A DNA stretch of 64,000 nucleotides. Origin: an uncultured Chloroflexia bacterium. GTDB taxonomy: Bacteria > Chloroflexota > Anaerolineae > Anaerolineales > UBA4823. Shown here piece after piece: positions 49,548 to 59,447 of this stretch. The DNA lies in contig CAWELB010000008.1 of assembly GCA_963809805.1 (NCBI GenBank), positions 568,216 to 632,215 of the forward strand, read 5' to 3'. The notes beneath the pieces are model-generated. The model made no database searches. It saw only the letters and a list, made by a program, of their open reading frames with translations, and was not told the DNA's origin. A program made the position numbers and the translations under genes. Each line of letters begins with the position of its first letter. The stretch's first letter is position 1.

Positions 49548-51290
49548 ATGGATAAAGCAGACCCTAACGAATTCGAATTTGTGACCCCCCGCCCAACCGT
49601 AGAAATTCACTTACCCGATGGGCGGGTTATTTGTGGTAAACGAGGTGCGCCGATAGGGAAGTTCTTATCCTTGCTTGATACGCCGAATTCCCCTCCCACG
49701 GTCGGATCAATCATTAATGGCGAGCTTCGTGAGCTTACCTTTCCCGTCCATATGGATTCCAAGGTAACCCCAATCTCGATGGATGATCCGGATGGGATGC
49801 TGATCTATCGCCGTTCACTTACCTTCCTCCTAGAATCTGCTTTTGAAGAAAAATATCCTGATGCTACGCTCACCATAGACCATTCGGTCTCTTCTGGCGG
49901 TTATTATTGCTCAGTCAGCGATCATGAACCTCTCACAGAGGATGAGCTGGTAAGTCTCACCGCCCACATGCGCTCGATTGTCGAAGAGAATTTACCCTTT
50001 TCCAAGCGTGAAGTGCCCCTGGTTGAGGCGGTTGCCTATTTCGACGCCAAGGGTTATACCGATAAAGTGCGTTTATTAGCTCACCGGCAAAAGGATTATC
50101 TGACCCTCTACCGCTTGGGAGATCACCAGGATTACCACCACGGCTATATGGTTCCATCCACGGGTTATTTGAAATGGTTTAACCTGATCCCAACCAATGG
50201 TGGTTTTACCATCAATTTTCCTCGCCGAAATCTCCCTACCCAGCTGCAGCCCATGCCGAGCTATCCCAAGCTGCTGGCAACATTCCGGCGCTATGGTCAA
50301 TGGCTGGATCGGCTCGGTATCTCAAGTGTTGGGGCTTTAAATGATTCCATCCTGGCGGGTCGGATCCATGAAATTATTTTGGTTTCCGAAGCGCTACACG
50401 AAGAGCATGTAGCCGATATCGCTGAGCAGATCACTACTCGGACGAATTCATCCGATCCTGATAAAAAGGTTCGGATCATTCTTATAGCCGGACCCTCCTC
50501 AAGTGGAAAAACCACCCTTTCCAAACGTCTGACTATTCAATTACTCTCCCAAGGTATCTCACCCTATCCACTGGAAATGGATAACTACTTCGTAAATCGT
50601 GAAGATACCCCTAAGGATGAAGATGGTCAGCCTGACTTTGAAGCTTTGCATGCGGTCGACACTCATCATCTCGCCCAGGATTTACGCCGCCTGGTGGTCG
50701 GGGAAGTGGTCCGTATGCCACATTATGACTTTAAATCCGGCAGGCAAGAACCGGGAGATCTGGTTCAGCTTCAACCGGACCAATTAGTCATCCTGGAAGG
50801 TATCCATGGATTGAACCCGGAACTGCTTCCCGAATTTCCAATCGAGCAGACTTTTCGCATCTATGCATCGGCTCTCACTCAGCTCAATCTCGACCGCCAC
50901 AATCGTATCTCCACCACTGATACTCGCCTGGTACGCCGTATCGTTCGGGACGCCCGTGAGAGAGGCTATACGGCCCGCGAGACGATCCAAAGGTGGGAAT
51001 CAGTCCAACGCGGTGAAAAACGTTATATATTCCCTTATCAAGAAAATGCAGACATCATGTTCAACTCTGCCTTGGCTTATGAGTTATCTGCATTAAAACC
51101 ATTGGCTGAACCCTTGCTTCGTCAGGTGCCGTTTGGAACGCGCGAATATATCGAAGCCAAACGCATGCTGGCTCTACTGGAATGGTTTCAACCCGTTTCA
51201 TCCGACCTTATCCCTGATAACTCCATTTTGCGTGAATTCATTGGAGGCTCCATTCTGAAAGATTTCAAATTGTGGAACCCGATCAATTAA
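49548..51290 (+). CDS. Uridine/nucleoside kinase with a ThrRS-like N-terminal region
   Basis: AGPSSSGKTT, LEGIHGLNP, TTDTRLVRRIVRD; N-terminus resembles the ThrRS TGS/editing region. Confidence 0.85.
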   Translation: MDKADPNEFEFVTPRPTVEIHLPDGRVICGKRGAPIGKFLSLLDTPNSPPTVGSIINGELRELTFPVHMDSKVTPISMDDPDGMLIYRRSLTFLLESAFEEKYPDATLTIDHSVSSGGYYCSVSDHEPLTEDELVSLTAHMRSIVEENLPFSKREVPLVEAVAYFDAKGYTDKVRLLAHRQKDYLTLYRLGDHQDYHHGYMVPSTGYLKWFNLIPTNGGFTINFPRRNLPTQLQPMPSYPKLLATFRRYGQWLDRLGISSVGALNDSILAGRIHEIILVSEALHEEHVADIAEQITTRTNSSDPDKKVRIILIAGPSSSGKTTLSKRLTIQLLSQGISPYPLEMDNYFVNREDTPKDEDGQPDFEALHAVDTHHLAQDLRRLVVGEVVRMPHYDFKSGRQEPGDLVQLQPDQLVILEGIHGLNPELLPEFPIEQTFRIYASALTQLNLDRHNRISTTDTRLVRRIVRDARERGYTARETIQRWESVQRGEKRYIFPYQENADIMFNSALAYELSALKPLAEPLLRQVPFGTREYIEAKRMLALLEWFQPVSSDLIPDNSILREFIGGSILKDFKLWNPIN

Positions 51291-51312
51291 TGGTGTCCTC
51301 AGGTAAATATTG

Positions 51313-52662
51313 ATGGAATCAACAGAAAAATTTATGCGTACCATTCGGGTGCGCAATGAACAGCAATTGGGTACTTTGGGTCGCCTTCTGGTGGCAGTTG
51401 CAGACGCAGGTGGAGATACTGGAGAAGTCCGCATGCTTCAGGAGACCTCCCGTTATACATTACGTGATATCACCATCTCCACCCCCGATGAAGCCCACAT
51501 GGACCGGGTTCTCATGGCTATCGAAGCAAATCCTGGCACGCGCATCCTTGCTGTTAGAGACGAAGTGTTGGAGCTGCACCAGAAAGGCAAGATTGCCATA
51601 CGGAGCCGATATTCTGTGGATACCCTTTCCATCTTGCGCCGGGTATACACGCCTGGGGTGGCAGAGGTTTGCCTGAAAATTGCCCGGGACCCATCCCTGG
51701 CACGCCAATATACTGCCATAAGCCACTTTGTGGCAATTGTTACCGATGGCACTGCCGTGCTTGGTCTGGGAGACATCGGTGCCGTTGCAGGAATGCCGGT
51801 CATGGAAGGCAAGGCCATGTTGATGGAAACCCTGGTTGGCTTGTCTGGTATACCTATCCTGCTTAACAGCAAGGATCCTGATCAGATTATCCAGACCGTC
51901 GAGACCATCGCTCCCACTTTTTCCGCGATCCAATTGGAAGATATCTCCGCACCTCGCTGTTTTGAGATCGAGGCGCGCCTTCAAGCTAATTTGGATATCC
52001 CGGTGATGCATGATGATCAGCATGGGACAGCCGTTGTAACTACAGCCGCTTTGATCAACGCCAGCCGGATCACGGGTATCAATCTTGAAAAAGTGCGCAT
52101 CGGACAAATTGGATTGGGTGCAGCCGGGAATGCCATCGCCCGTATGTTGATGACCTTTACAGGAAATCCTGTATCGGGTGCCGACTTATCGGAGTTTGCT
52201 CTGACATACTTTGAGCAGGTTGGAGGCAGACGGTCTGACCTGAATGAAATTATGCAGGAATGTGATGTGGTCGTGGCGACCACGGGTGCTGGGGATCTGA
52301 TCAAGCCGGAGATGGTCCGCAAAGGTCAAATCATCCTGGCACTGTCGAACCCAAATCCAGAAATAGATCCAGATGTGGCAATAGAAGCAGGCGCAGCTTT
52401 TGCGGCGGATGGAAAATCGGTCAATAATGTGCTCGGGTTCCCAGGCATCCTGCGTGGAGCGGTTGATTCCTATGCAACACGGATAAGCTATGAGATGTAC
52501 CTGGCTGCAGCGCATGCGATCGCTGACCAAACGCCCCCTGATGAGCTGGTTCCAAACCCGTTGGATAAAAACGTTCATCGTGCAGTTGCCCGTGCTGTGG
52601 CACAAAAAGCTATCCAGCAAGGGCTGGCACGCACAGACTTCGTACCCTATGTGGAGGAATAA
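51313..52662 (+). CDS. NAD(P)-dependent malic enzyme with an N-terminal ACT domain
   Basis: VYTPGVA, TDGTAVLGLG, PVMEGKA, LEDISAP, HDDQHGTA, ALSNP. Confidence 0.93.
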   Translation: MESTEKFMRTIRVRNEQQLGTLGRLLVAVADAGGDTGEVRMLQETSRYTLRDITISTPDEAHMDRVLMAIEANPGTRILAVRDEVLELHQKGKIAIRSRYSVDTLSILRRVYTPGVAEVCLKIARDPSLARQYTAISHFVAIVTDGTAVLGLGDIGAVAGMPVMEGKAMLMETLVGLSGIPILLNSKDPDQIIQTVETIAPTFSAIQLEDISAPRCFEIEARLQANLDIPVMHDDQHGTAVVTTAALINASRITGINLEKVRIGQIGLGAAGNAIARMLMTFTGNPVSGADLSEFALTYFEQVGGRRSDLNEIMQECDVVVATTGAGDLIKPEMVRKGQIILALSNPNPEIDPDVAIEAGAAFAADGKSVNNVLGFPGILRGAVDSYATRISYEMYLAAAHAIADQTPPDELVPNPLDKNVHRAVARAVAQKAIQQGLARTDFVPYVEE

Positions 52663-52723
52663 CTAAATCGTGTAATCTCGGATCATTCAAGCTCAATAAA
52701 TACACAAAAAGGAGAATGCTCGG

Positions 52724-55495
52724 ATGAAATGTAGACCTCGGTTCATACTTCTAACCCTCACTATCGTTTCAATCTTCCTGGTCGGCGGTTTTCTTCTCGA
52801 TAAAAACCAGACGACAACTGCATCTGACCAACCAACCACAGATGTTTCATTGGGAGTGGAACAATCACAAGAAGTGGTGATAAGATTTTATTACGACACC
52901 CAGGAACAGCTAAATGCAGTCGCTGGCCAGCTGGATGTCTGGGAAGTTCACCCTTCTGACACAGAACCGAGCTCTGGTTATGCCTTGGCAGCCGTGTATC
53001 CTGCCCAACAAGCCTGGTTGGATGTCCTTGGTTACCGCGTTGAAATTGACCAGGAAAAAACGGCTGAGTTTCAGTCACCAGCGGCTGCACTCGACCCCCG
53101 TTACTATTATTTTGATAATTTCAATAATAACTCCTTTAACCGCTATATGGTCGATTTCATGGTGGAGATGAGTTCTACTTACCCTGCCCTGACGGAACTC
53201 TTCGATATTGGGGATGCTTGGCTCGGTACACAGGGGGGCTACAATCGCGATATCTGGGTACTGCGCATCACCAACGAAGACCCCCAATACGGCGAAATTG
53301 CTTCCAAACCTCCCTTCATCATGATGGCGAATATCCATGCCCGCGAAGTTACCACTCCAGAGATGGCCATCCGCTATATCAAATATCTCACCGCTGGCTA
53401 TTTGGGTCAGGGTGGTTTTGGGATTGATCCGGATGTCACCTGGTTGGTGAACCACCATGTGGTCTATGTTGTGGTTTCTATAAACCCTGATGGACACGTA
53501 GTCAATGAAATCGATTGGGGTGCATACTGGCGTAAAAACGTGGATAATAATGACGGTTGCAGTGACTCGAGCAGCTGGGGCACAGATATCAATCGCAACA
53601 GCAGTTTTAAATGGGGCTGTTGTGGCGGCTCATCAGGCCAACCTTGTGGTGAAACCTATCGCGGCATATCTCGTGCTTCGGAACCGGAAACTGCTGCTAT
53701 CCAAACTTTTGCAACCCAAATATTCGGTGATTGGAACGGCCCGAATGGGGATGATGAATTTCCGCCTGCTGCTCCAGATAACACACCCGGAATTTTCATT
53801 TCCTTGCATTCCTACCAGGATGAGATTCTATGGGCTTATGAATGTGCTCCAAATTGTGGGCAACCACCCAATAGCGCCCAGCTGAGCACTATTGGGCATA
53901 AACTTGCCGAAGAGACCGGGGAAATTATGAACCCTACCGGTTTTCTATATACCGTGGATGGGGGCACGATTGATTTTATGTACGGCAAATTGGGAATCCC
54001 CGCTTACACGTTCGAGATTGGTCCAACTTATGGCAGCTGTGGTGATTTCTTCCCCTCCTACGACTGCCAGGATGGCACCAATGGCGCGCCCCGGAACTTC
54101 TGGGCTGAGATGAGCCCCTCCTGGGTTTATGCGAATAAGATTGCCGGCTCGCCCTACAAAACCGCATATGGACCGGATGCACAAAATTTGGCTGTTGATC
54201 CAACAACCATTCCAGGCGGTTTGCCCGTAGACTTGACTGCCACCATTCTCGATCAACGCTATCCTGGTGAGCCCGTTACCAACATTGCCGCGGCTGAATA
54301 CTTCATCGATGCTCCAGGTCTTGATGGTACTGGCGTTGCCATGTCACCAGTCGATGGCAGTTGGAATTCAAGCAGTGAAGATGCAGTCGTCGTCGTCGAC
54401 ACCGCCGGTCTGCTCGAGGGACAGCATTACATCCTCGTTCACGGAAAGAACGCCAATGGTTATTGGGGTCCCTTCACCGCCATATTCCTCAACGTAACTA
54501 CCCCATCTTATGGAGTGATGCTCTCACCAGAGGTTGCTGCTCTCCAGGCTGATCCTGGAACGACGGTCATCTACCATCTGCAGATCACCAATATCGGTCA
54601 GAACAGCGATACATACGATATTTCCGTGGCGAGTGCCTGGGCATATGATGCTCCTCTCACCATAGGACCCATCGCTCCCGCTGGGACGATGCTATTTGAC
54701 GTGCAGGTCACCATCCCTGCGGATGCCAACAATGGAGAATCTGATATTGCTACAGTAACCGCTGAATCTCAAGCCAGCCCTGGAGTTCTAGCCTCATCAG
54801 AATTAACCACGACAGCTAATTTCTATGCGCTCAACCTTACCCCATCGACGGATGCAGATTCTGGTAATCCGGGTGAGCAAGTTAGCTACACACTCGTACT
54901 CAAGAACCTTGGCAATACAACTGACACATTCGATCTGGAAGCAGCCAGCATATGGACGGTCACGATGCAGAGCTCGGTGGGTCCTTTGCCACCTGGGGCT
55001 ACCGCGAGTATTAATGTCCTCGTGGATGTGCCAGTAGGGGCGACTCCAGGCGAATTCGATGTTGCTACTATTACTGCAACCTCGCAAGGGAATACCGCAA
55101 TTGCCACGACCTCAACTCTGACCACCAGTGTAACTGCCCTGTATAGTTTTCAAGTAGCTCCACTGCAGGACACCCTGGTGGGTCATGGGAAAGGCACAAC
55201 CGTCGAATTCACCATCCTGGTTACCAATACCGGTAATATCACCGATACTTATGACATAATCATCACACCTGGTGGTTGGATTGTGGATGCACCGCCCGAC
55301 GTTGGCCCAATCGCTCATGGAGAAAGTACGTCCGTTACCATAACGGTGCATGTCCCGTTCGATATCGCCATGGGAGATTCCAATGATTCAGTCCTGATGT
55401 TTATTTCCCAGGGTGGGTCAGCTGGGCACCAGGTCACCTTGCATACGGATACATCTTGGTATAGTAGTTTTCTGCCGCTATCCCAGAGACATTAA
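52724..55495 (+). CDS. Secreted M14 zinc carboxypeptidase with three Ig-like repeats
   Basis: Signal peptide, NIHARE, NPDG, WRKN, DINRN, SLHSY, FEIG; repeats xNxGxxxDTYD; ends FLPLSQRH. Confidence 0.88.
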   Translation: MKCRPRFILLTLTIVSIFLVGGFLLDKNQTTTASDQPTTDVSLGVEQSQEVVIRFYYDTQEQLNAVAGQLDVWEVHPSDTEPSSGYALAAVYPAQQAWLDVLGYRVEIDQEKTAEFQSPAAALDPRYYYFDNFNNNSFNRYMVDFMVEMSSTYPALTELFDIGDAWLGTQGGYNRDIWVLRITNEDPQYGEIASKPPFIMMANIHAREVTTPEMAIRYIKYLTAGYLGQGGFGIDPDVTWLVNHHVVYVVVSINPDGHVVNEIDWGAYWRKNVDNNDGCSDSSSWGTDINRNSSFKWGCCGGSSGQPCGETYRGISRASEPETAAIQTFATQIFGDWNGPNGDDEFPPAAPDNTPGIFISLHSYQDEILWAYECAPNCGQPPNSAQLSTIGHKLAEETGEIMNPTGFLYTVDGGTIDFMYGKLGIPAYTFEIGPTYGSCGDFFPSYDCQDGTNGAPRNFWAEMSPSWVYANKIAGSPYKTAYGPDAQNLAVDPTTIPGGLPVDLTATILDQRYPGEPVTNIAAAEYFIDAPGLDGTGVAMSPVDGSWNSSSEDAVVVVDTAGLLEGQHYILVHGKNANGYWGPFTAIFLNVTTPSYGVMLSPEVAALQADPGTTVIYHLQITNIGQNSDTYDISVASAWAYDAPLTIGPIAPAGTMLFDVQVTIPADANNGESDIATVTAESQASPGVLASSELTTTANFYALNLTPSTDADSGNPGEQVSYTLVLKNLGNTTDTFDLEAASIWTVTMQSSVGPLPPGATASINVLVDVPVGATPGEFDVATITATSQGNTAIATTSTLTTSVTALYSFQVAPLQDTLVGHGKGTTVEFTILVTNTGNITDTYDIIITPGGWIVDAPPDVGPIAHGESTSVTITVHVPFDIAMGDSNDSVLMFISQGGSAGHQVTLHTDTSWYSSFLPLSQRH

Positions 55496-55513
55496 TTACA
55501 AATCTAAACCATC

Positions 55514-55548
55514 CCCAGCCTTTCAGCAGCAGATGTTGAAAGGCTGGG
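55514..55548 (+). terminator. Intergenic stem-loop between the M14 genes
   Basis: CCCAGCCTTTCAGCA-gcaga-TGTTGAAAGGCTGGG. Confidence 0.6.
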
Positions 55549-55563
55549 ATAAAAGAGGAGAAT

Positions 55564-58500
55564 ATGAAAAGGAACCTTTTATCATTGCTCGTGCTCATTT
55601 CCATGTTATTGGGTATGGTAGCAAGTGCCAGCGCCATGACTATGCCCCAATCACAAATTCAACAACAAACTCAGTCCACTACGGCTCAAGGCATCGTCGT
55701 CAGGCTATATTTCACCAGTAAAGAAGACCTGAACATGCTTGCAGCAAAGTATGACATCCTTAGTGTCGATCAAGCAAACGGGTACGCCCTCGCATTATTA
55801 TCTCCGCAGGAGTTAGCAGCATTGCAGCAAGCTGGTTATCGCCTGGTGGTAGATGAAGCCAAAACCAAGTTGCTGAATCAACCGCATGTGGCGTTGCCCG
55901 GGCAGGGCACCGATTCTATCCCCGGCTATCCCTGCTACAGGACTGTGGAAGAAACTAACTTGACCCTCGAGAACATCGCTCTCAATCACTCGGATATGGC
56001 TCAGTTATTTGATATTGGCGATAGTTGGGATAAACTCATGCCTGGCGGACTGCCTGGTTACGATATTCTTGCCCTTCGCCTCACCAGCGAGAACTTTGGG
56101 GTGATCGATGAAAAACCCACCTTCTTCCTTATGGCAGAGATCCACGCCCGCGAATACGCCACCGCTGAGCTCGCTACCCGTTACGCCGAGTACTTGATCA
56201 ACAATTACGGAATCGACCCTGACGTTACCTGGTTGCTGGATTATTTCCGTGTGTACATCGTCAGTATGACCAATCCCGACGGGCGTAAACTCGCTGAAGC
56301 GGGAAATTATTGGCGTAAGAACGTGGACAGTGATGATGGCTGCTCAGACCCGGGTAGTTGGGGCACTGACCTCAATCGTAACAGCAGCTTCAAATGGAAT
56401 CACGGTGGTTCCAGCCCATATGCCTGCGATGAAACCTATATGGGTCCGGCTGCAGGCTCTGAGCCGGAGGTCCAGGCGATTGAAAACTTTGTCCTTACCT
56501 TATTCCCAGATCAGCGTGGACCTGGAGATACCGATCCAGCACCGGTTGATTCGACCGGGGTATTCGTCACCCTGCACAGTGCTGCTGCTCTCGTCCTCTG
56601 GCCGTGGGGGTGGACGTCCGCTCCTGCACCCAACAGCACACAACTGCAAACCCTGGGACGACACCTGGCTTATTTCAACGGTTATACCCCTCAGCAGAGC
56701 GTTCAGCTTTATCCGACCAGTGGTACCACGGATGAGTTTATTTATGGGAATTTAGGCGTCCCCGGCTTTACCTTTGAGATGGCAGGTGAGTTTTTCCAAA
56801 GCTGCAGCGCCTTCGAGAATACAGATTTTCCGGATAACCGCAACGCGCTTCTGTATGCCTTCAAAACCGCTCGCAGACCCTATATGAACCCTGCTGGACC
56901 GGATACCCTGAATGTGGTTGCCTCCCCCGCGGCAGCTAATCCAGGTGATAGTGTAGCCTTAACCGCAACTGCGAACGATACGCGCTATGCTTCCAGCGAG
57001 CCGACTCAAAATATCGCTGAAGCCCGTTACAGTATCGATAACCCGTCCTGGATCGTAGGCACTACCGTCTACGGGATGTCAGCCAGCGATGGCAGTTTTG
57101 ACAGCAAGATCGAGAACGTGGTTGGTACAATCGATACAACCGGCTTATCGTCCGGTAGACATACGATTTTTGTTGAGAGTAAAGACGTGGGTGGCAATTG
57201 GGGCGTACCTAGCGCAACCTTCTTATATATTGTCGAGCCTGGTGTGTCTCCAGTTATCGAAGGTTATGTCCTCGAAGCTGGCACTAATCTCCCGATCGAA
57301 GCCAATGTGAATGCTGGCCTCTTCAATTCAACCAGCGACCCCTCCACTGGATATTACAGCATGACTGTGATTGCCGGTACATACAATATGGTGGTTTCAG
57401 CAGATAATTTTGCTCCCGCCTATGCCAATGATGTGATCGCTGAGGATTATCACACCATCCAACAGGATTTCGTGCTCTATCCGGTTTGTACCATCTTCAC
57501 CGACGATGTTGAAAATGGCAATACAGGCTGGACCGCTGAAACTCCATGGGCGATCACAACCGAAGCATCCCACAGTCCGACCCATTCCTGGACGGATAGT
57601 CCGGGAGGAAACTACAACGATTATCGTAATATCTCCCTCACCTCACCCGTTTATGACCTGAGTGATGCCACCGGAGTCACGCTCAATTTCTGGCATACCT
57701 ATGCCACTGAAGCAGGTTATGATTTTGGTTCTGTGGAGTATAACTCTGGCAGTGGCTGGAATGTTGTCACCAGTTACGATGGCAATCAGACCTGGACACA
57801 GGCTGCAGTACCCATACCAGGGCTCGATGGTCAGGCGAATGCCCGCTTCCGCTTTCACTTTACCAGCGATAGCTATATCAACTATGATGGCTGGCATATC
57901 GATGACATCTCCATCACGGCCGGAGGTCCCGGCTGTATGCCGCCTATGGCACCCGAAGCTGGCTTTACCAGCAATAGCCCCGTCCCCTTGGGCTCGCCAG
58001 TATACTTCATTAATCAAACGACTGGTTCTGAACCGATGACATATCTATGGGATTTCGGAGATGGGATTGGTACTTCGACAGATAGTAATCCGTCATACAC
58101 CTACGCTGCCCTCGGAACCTACACGGTAACTCTCGAAGCAACCAACGACCTGGGTTCGGATAGCTTTAGTGATGCAGTGACTGTTGAGCCCGCTGCTATC
58201 ACCAGTGTGAACCTCACGTTGGTTGATCCAGGCACAATCTACCCTGGTGATACGGTCGGATTCAACGCAGACCTTACGCCAAATACAGCTGCCAAGCCTT
58301 ATGACTACACGATTGACTATGGAGACGGCACGATTATCTCCGGCAGCTCTGACCTTGACCCACTGTTGTTGGAACATGTATACGCCCTGCCCGGCGATTA
58401 TACGCTTGAAGTGAGTGTGCAGAACGCGGTTATGCCCGAACCCGTGTCAGATCTATTGGATATCACCGTGGCGATGACCCCGACTGCACCCCTGGCTGAC

Positions 58501-58767
58501 TTTTCCAGTAACAGTCCGGTTCAAATTGGACAGGCGGTACAATTCACCAATTTATCCACCGGCAGCTTACCCATGACCTATCTTTGGGATTTTGGCGATG
58601 GCATCGGTACCTCAACAGAGATCACTCCTTCATATACCTATGCAACCACTGGAACCTACACAGTGACCCTCACTGCCACCAACGATGCTGGTGAAGATGT
58701 CATGACCAAAACTGTGACAGTATTACCAACCATCATCAAGATCTTCCTGCCTCTTGCATCCAAATAA
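55564..58767 (+). CDS. Secreted M14 zinc carboxypeptidase with beta-sandwich and PKD domains
   Basis: EIHARE, NPDGR, DLNRN, TLHS, FEM; GWHIDDI; two WDFGDG and one DYGDG PKD repeats; ends FLPLASK. Confidence 0.9.
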   Translation: MKRNLLSLLVLISMLLGMVASASAMTMPQSQIQQQTQSTTAQGIVVRLYFTSKEDLNMLAAKYDILSVDQANGYALALLSPQELAALQQAGYRLVVDEAKTKLLNQPHVALPGQGTDSIPGYPCYRTVEETNLTLENIALNHSDMAQLFDIGDSWDKLMPGGLPGYDILALRLTSENFGVIDEKPTFFLMAEIHAREYATAELATRYAEYLINNYGIDPDVTWLLDYFRVYIVSMTNPDGRKLAEAGNYWRKNVDSDDGCSDPGSWGTDLNRNSSFKWNHGGSSPYACDETYMGPAAGSEPEVQAIENFVLTLFPDQRGPGDTDPAPVDSTGVFVTLHSAAALVLWPWGWTSAPAPNSTQLQTLGRHLAYFNGYTPQQSVQLYPTSGTTDEFIYGNLGVPGFTFEMAGEFFQSCSAFENTDFPDNRNALLYAFKTARRPYMNPAGPDTLNVVASPAAANPGDSVALTATANDTRYASSEPTQNIAEARYSIDNPSWIVGTTVYGMSASDGSFDSKIENVVGTIDTTGLSSGRHTIFVESKDVGGNWGVPSATFLYIVEPGVSPVIEGYVLEAGTNLPIEANVNAGLFNSTSDPSTGYYSMTVIAGTYNMVVSADNFAPAYANDVIAEDYHTIQQDFVLYPVCTIFTDDVENGNTGWTAETPWAITTEASHSPTHSWTDSPGGNYNDYRNISLTSPVYDLSDATGVTLNFWHTYATEAGYDFGSVEYNSGSGWNVVTSYDGNQTWTQAAVPIPGLDGQANARFRFHFTSDSYINYDGWHIDDISITAGGPGCMPPMAPEAGFTSNSPVPLGSPVYFINQTTGSEPMTYLWDFGDGIGTSTDSNPSYTYAALGTYTVTLEATNDLGSDSFSDAVTVEPAAITSVNLTLVDPGTIYPGDTVGFNADLTPNTAAKPYDYTIDYGDGTIISGSSDLDPLLLEHVYALPGDYTLEVSVQNAVMPEPVSDLLDITVAMTPTAPLADFSSNSPVQIGQAVQFTNLSTGSLPMTYLWDFGDGIGTSTEITPSYTYATTGTYTVTLTATNDAGEDVMTKTVTVLPTIIKIFLPLASK

Positions 58768-58772
58768 CCCTA

Positions 58773-58825
58773 TTGAGTGCTGCAAATTTCGGGTACAATT
58801 TGCAGCACTCAACATCACTTTTTTT
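58773..58825 (+). terminator. Long hairpin / terminator
   Basis: TTGAGTGCTGCAAATT-N8-AATTTGCAGCACTCAA (16-bp stem), then a T-run a few nt downstream. Confidence 0.65.
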
Positions 58826-58836
58826 CGGAGGAATCA

Positions 58837-59409
58837 ATGACCAAAGCTGCTTTACGGGAACAACGCCGTTCCCAACGAATCGCTAGACGCAATCGTCAAC
58901 GCATGATTATCGGTGCAATCGCCCTTGTGGTGGTTATCTTGATCGCTTTTCTTGTCTATCGAGATTATCAAACTAAGCTGCAGGCAGCGGTAACACCCAC
59001 ACCGTCGAGCGTTGCAAGTGGAAAGTACCCGATTGGTACGCTGGATACTACCCCACCTTCACCGTCTGCGAATGCGGTCACCACTGCCTCCGGGCTTGTA
59101 TATGAAGATCTGCAGGTTGGAGATGGAGCAACGGTCAAATCTGGTGATACCGTCACGGTAAACTATACCGGCTGGTTAACCGATGGCACTCAATTCGACT
59201 CTTCGATTACTAGTGGAAAGACTTTCGACTTTACCATCGGTGTACGCCAGGTTATCGCAGGCTGGGATGAAGGGGTTGTGGGCATGAAAATTAATGGTAC
59301 ACGCCTGCTGGTAGTTCCTCCAGCCTTAGGGTATGGTGCCAATGCGAATGGCTCAATCCCGGCCAATTCCACCCTGATATTTGAAGTACAGGTCTTAGCT
59401 ATTAAGTAA
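58837..59409 (+). CDS. Membrane-anchored FKBP-type peptidyl-prolyl isomerase
   Basis: GGAGG SD; Arg-rich N-terminus and TM; VNYTGWL, FDSS, VIAGWDEG, LGYG, IPANSTLIFEV. Confidence 0.93.
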   Translation: MTKAALREQRRSQRIARRNRQRMIIGAIALVVVILIAFLVYRDYQTKLQAAVTPTPSSVASGKYPIGTLDTTPPSPSANAVTTASGLVYEDLQVGDGATVKSGDTVTVNYTGWLTDGTQFDSSITSGKTFDFTIGVRQVIAGWDEGVVGMKINGTRLLVVPPALGYGANANGSIPANSTLIFEVQVLAIK

Positions 59410-59413
59410 TAAC

Positions 59414-59447
59414 ACGGGCGTGTGTGAACCACACGCCCGTTTCTTTT
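59414..59447. terminator. Terminator between convergent genes
   Basis: ACGGGCGTGTG-tgaac-CACACGCCCGT followed by TTCTTTT. Confidence 0.8.

Noticed and set aside
49548-51290. ThrRS-like domain fused to a uridine kinase as a novelty
   Set aside because: A known, widespread architecture in anaerobes.
58773-58812. GAGTGCT...AGCACTC resembles CIRCE half-sites upstream of a PPIase
   Set aside because: The halves are in the opposite order and spacing to CIRCE (TTAGCACTC-N9-GAGTGCTAA); better explained as a terminator hairpin.
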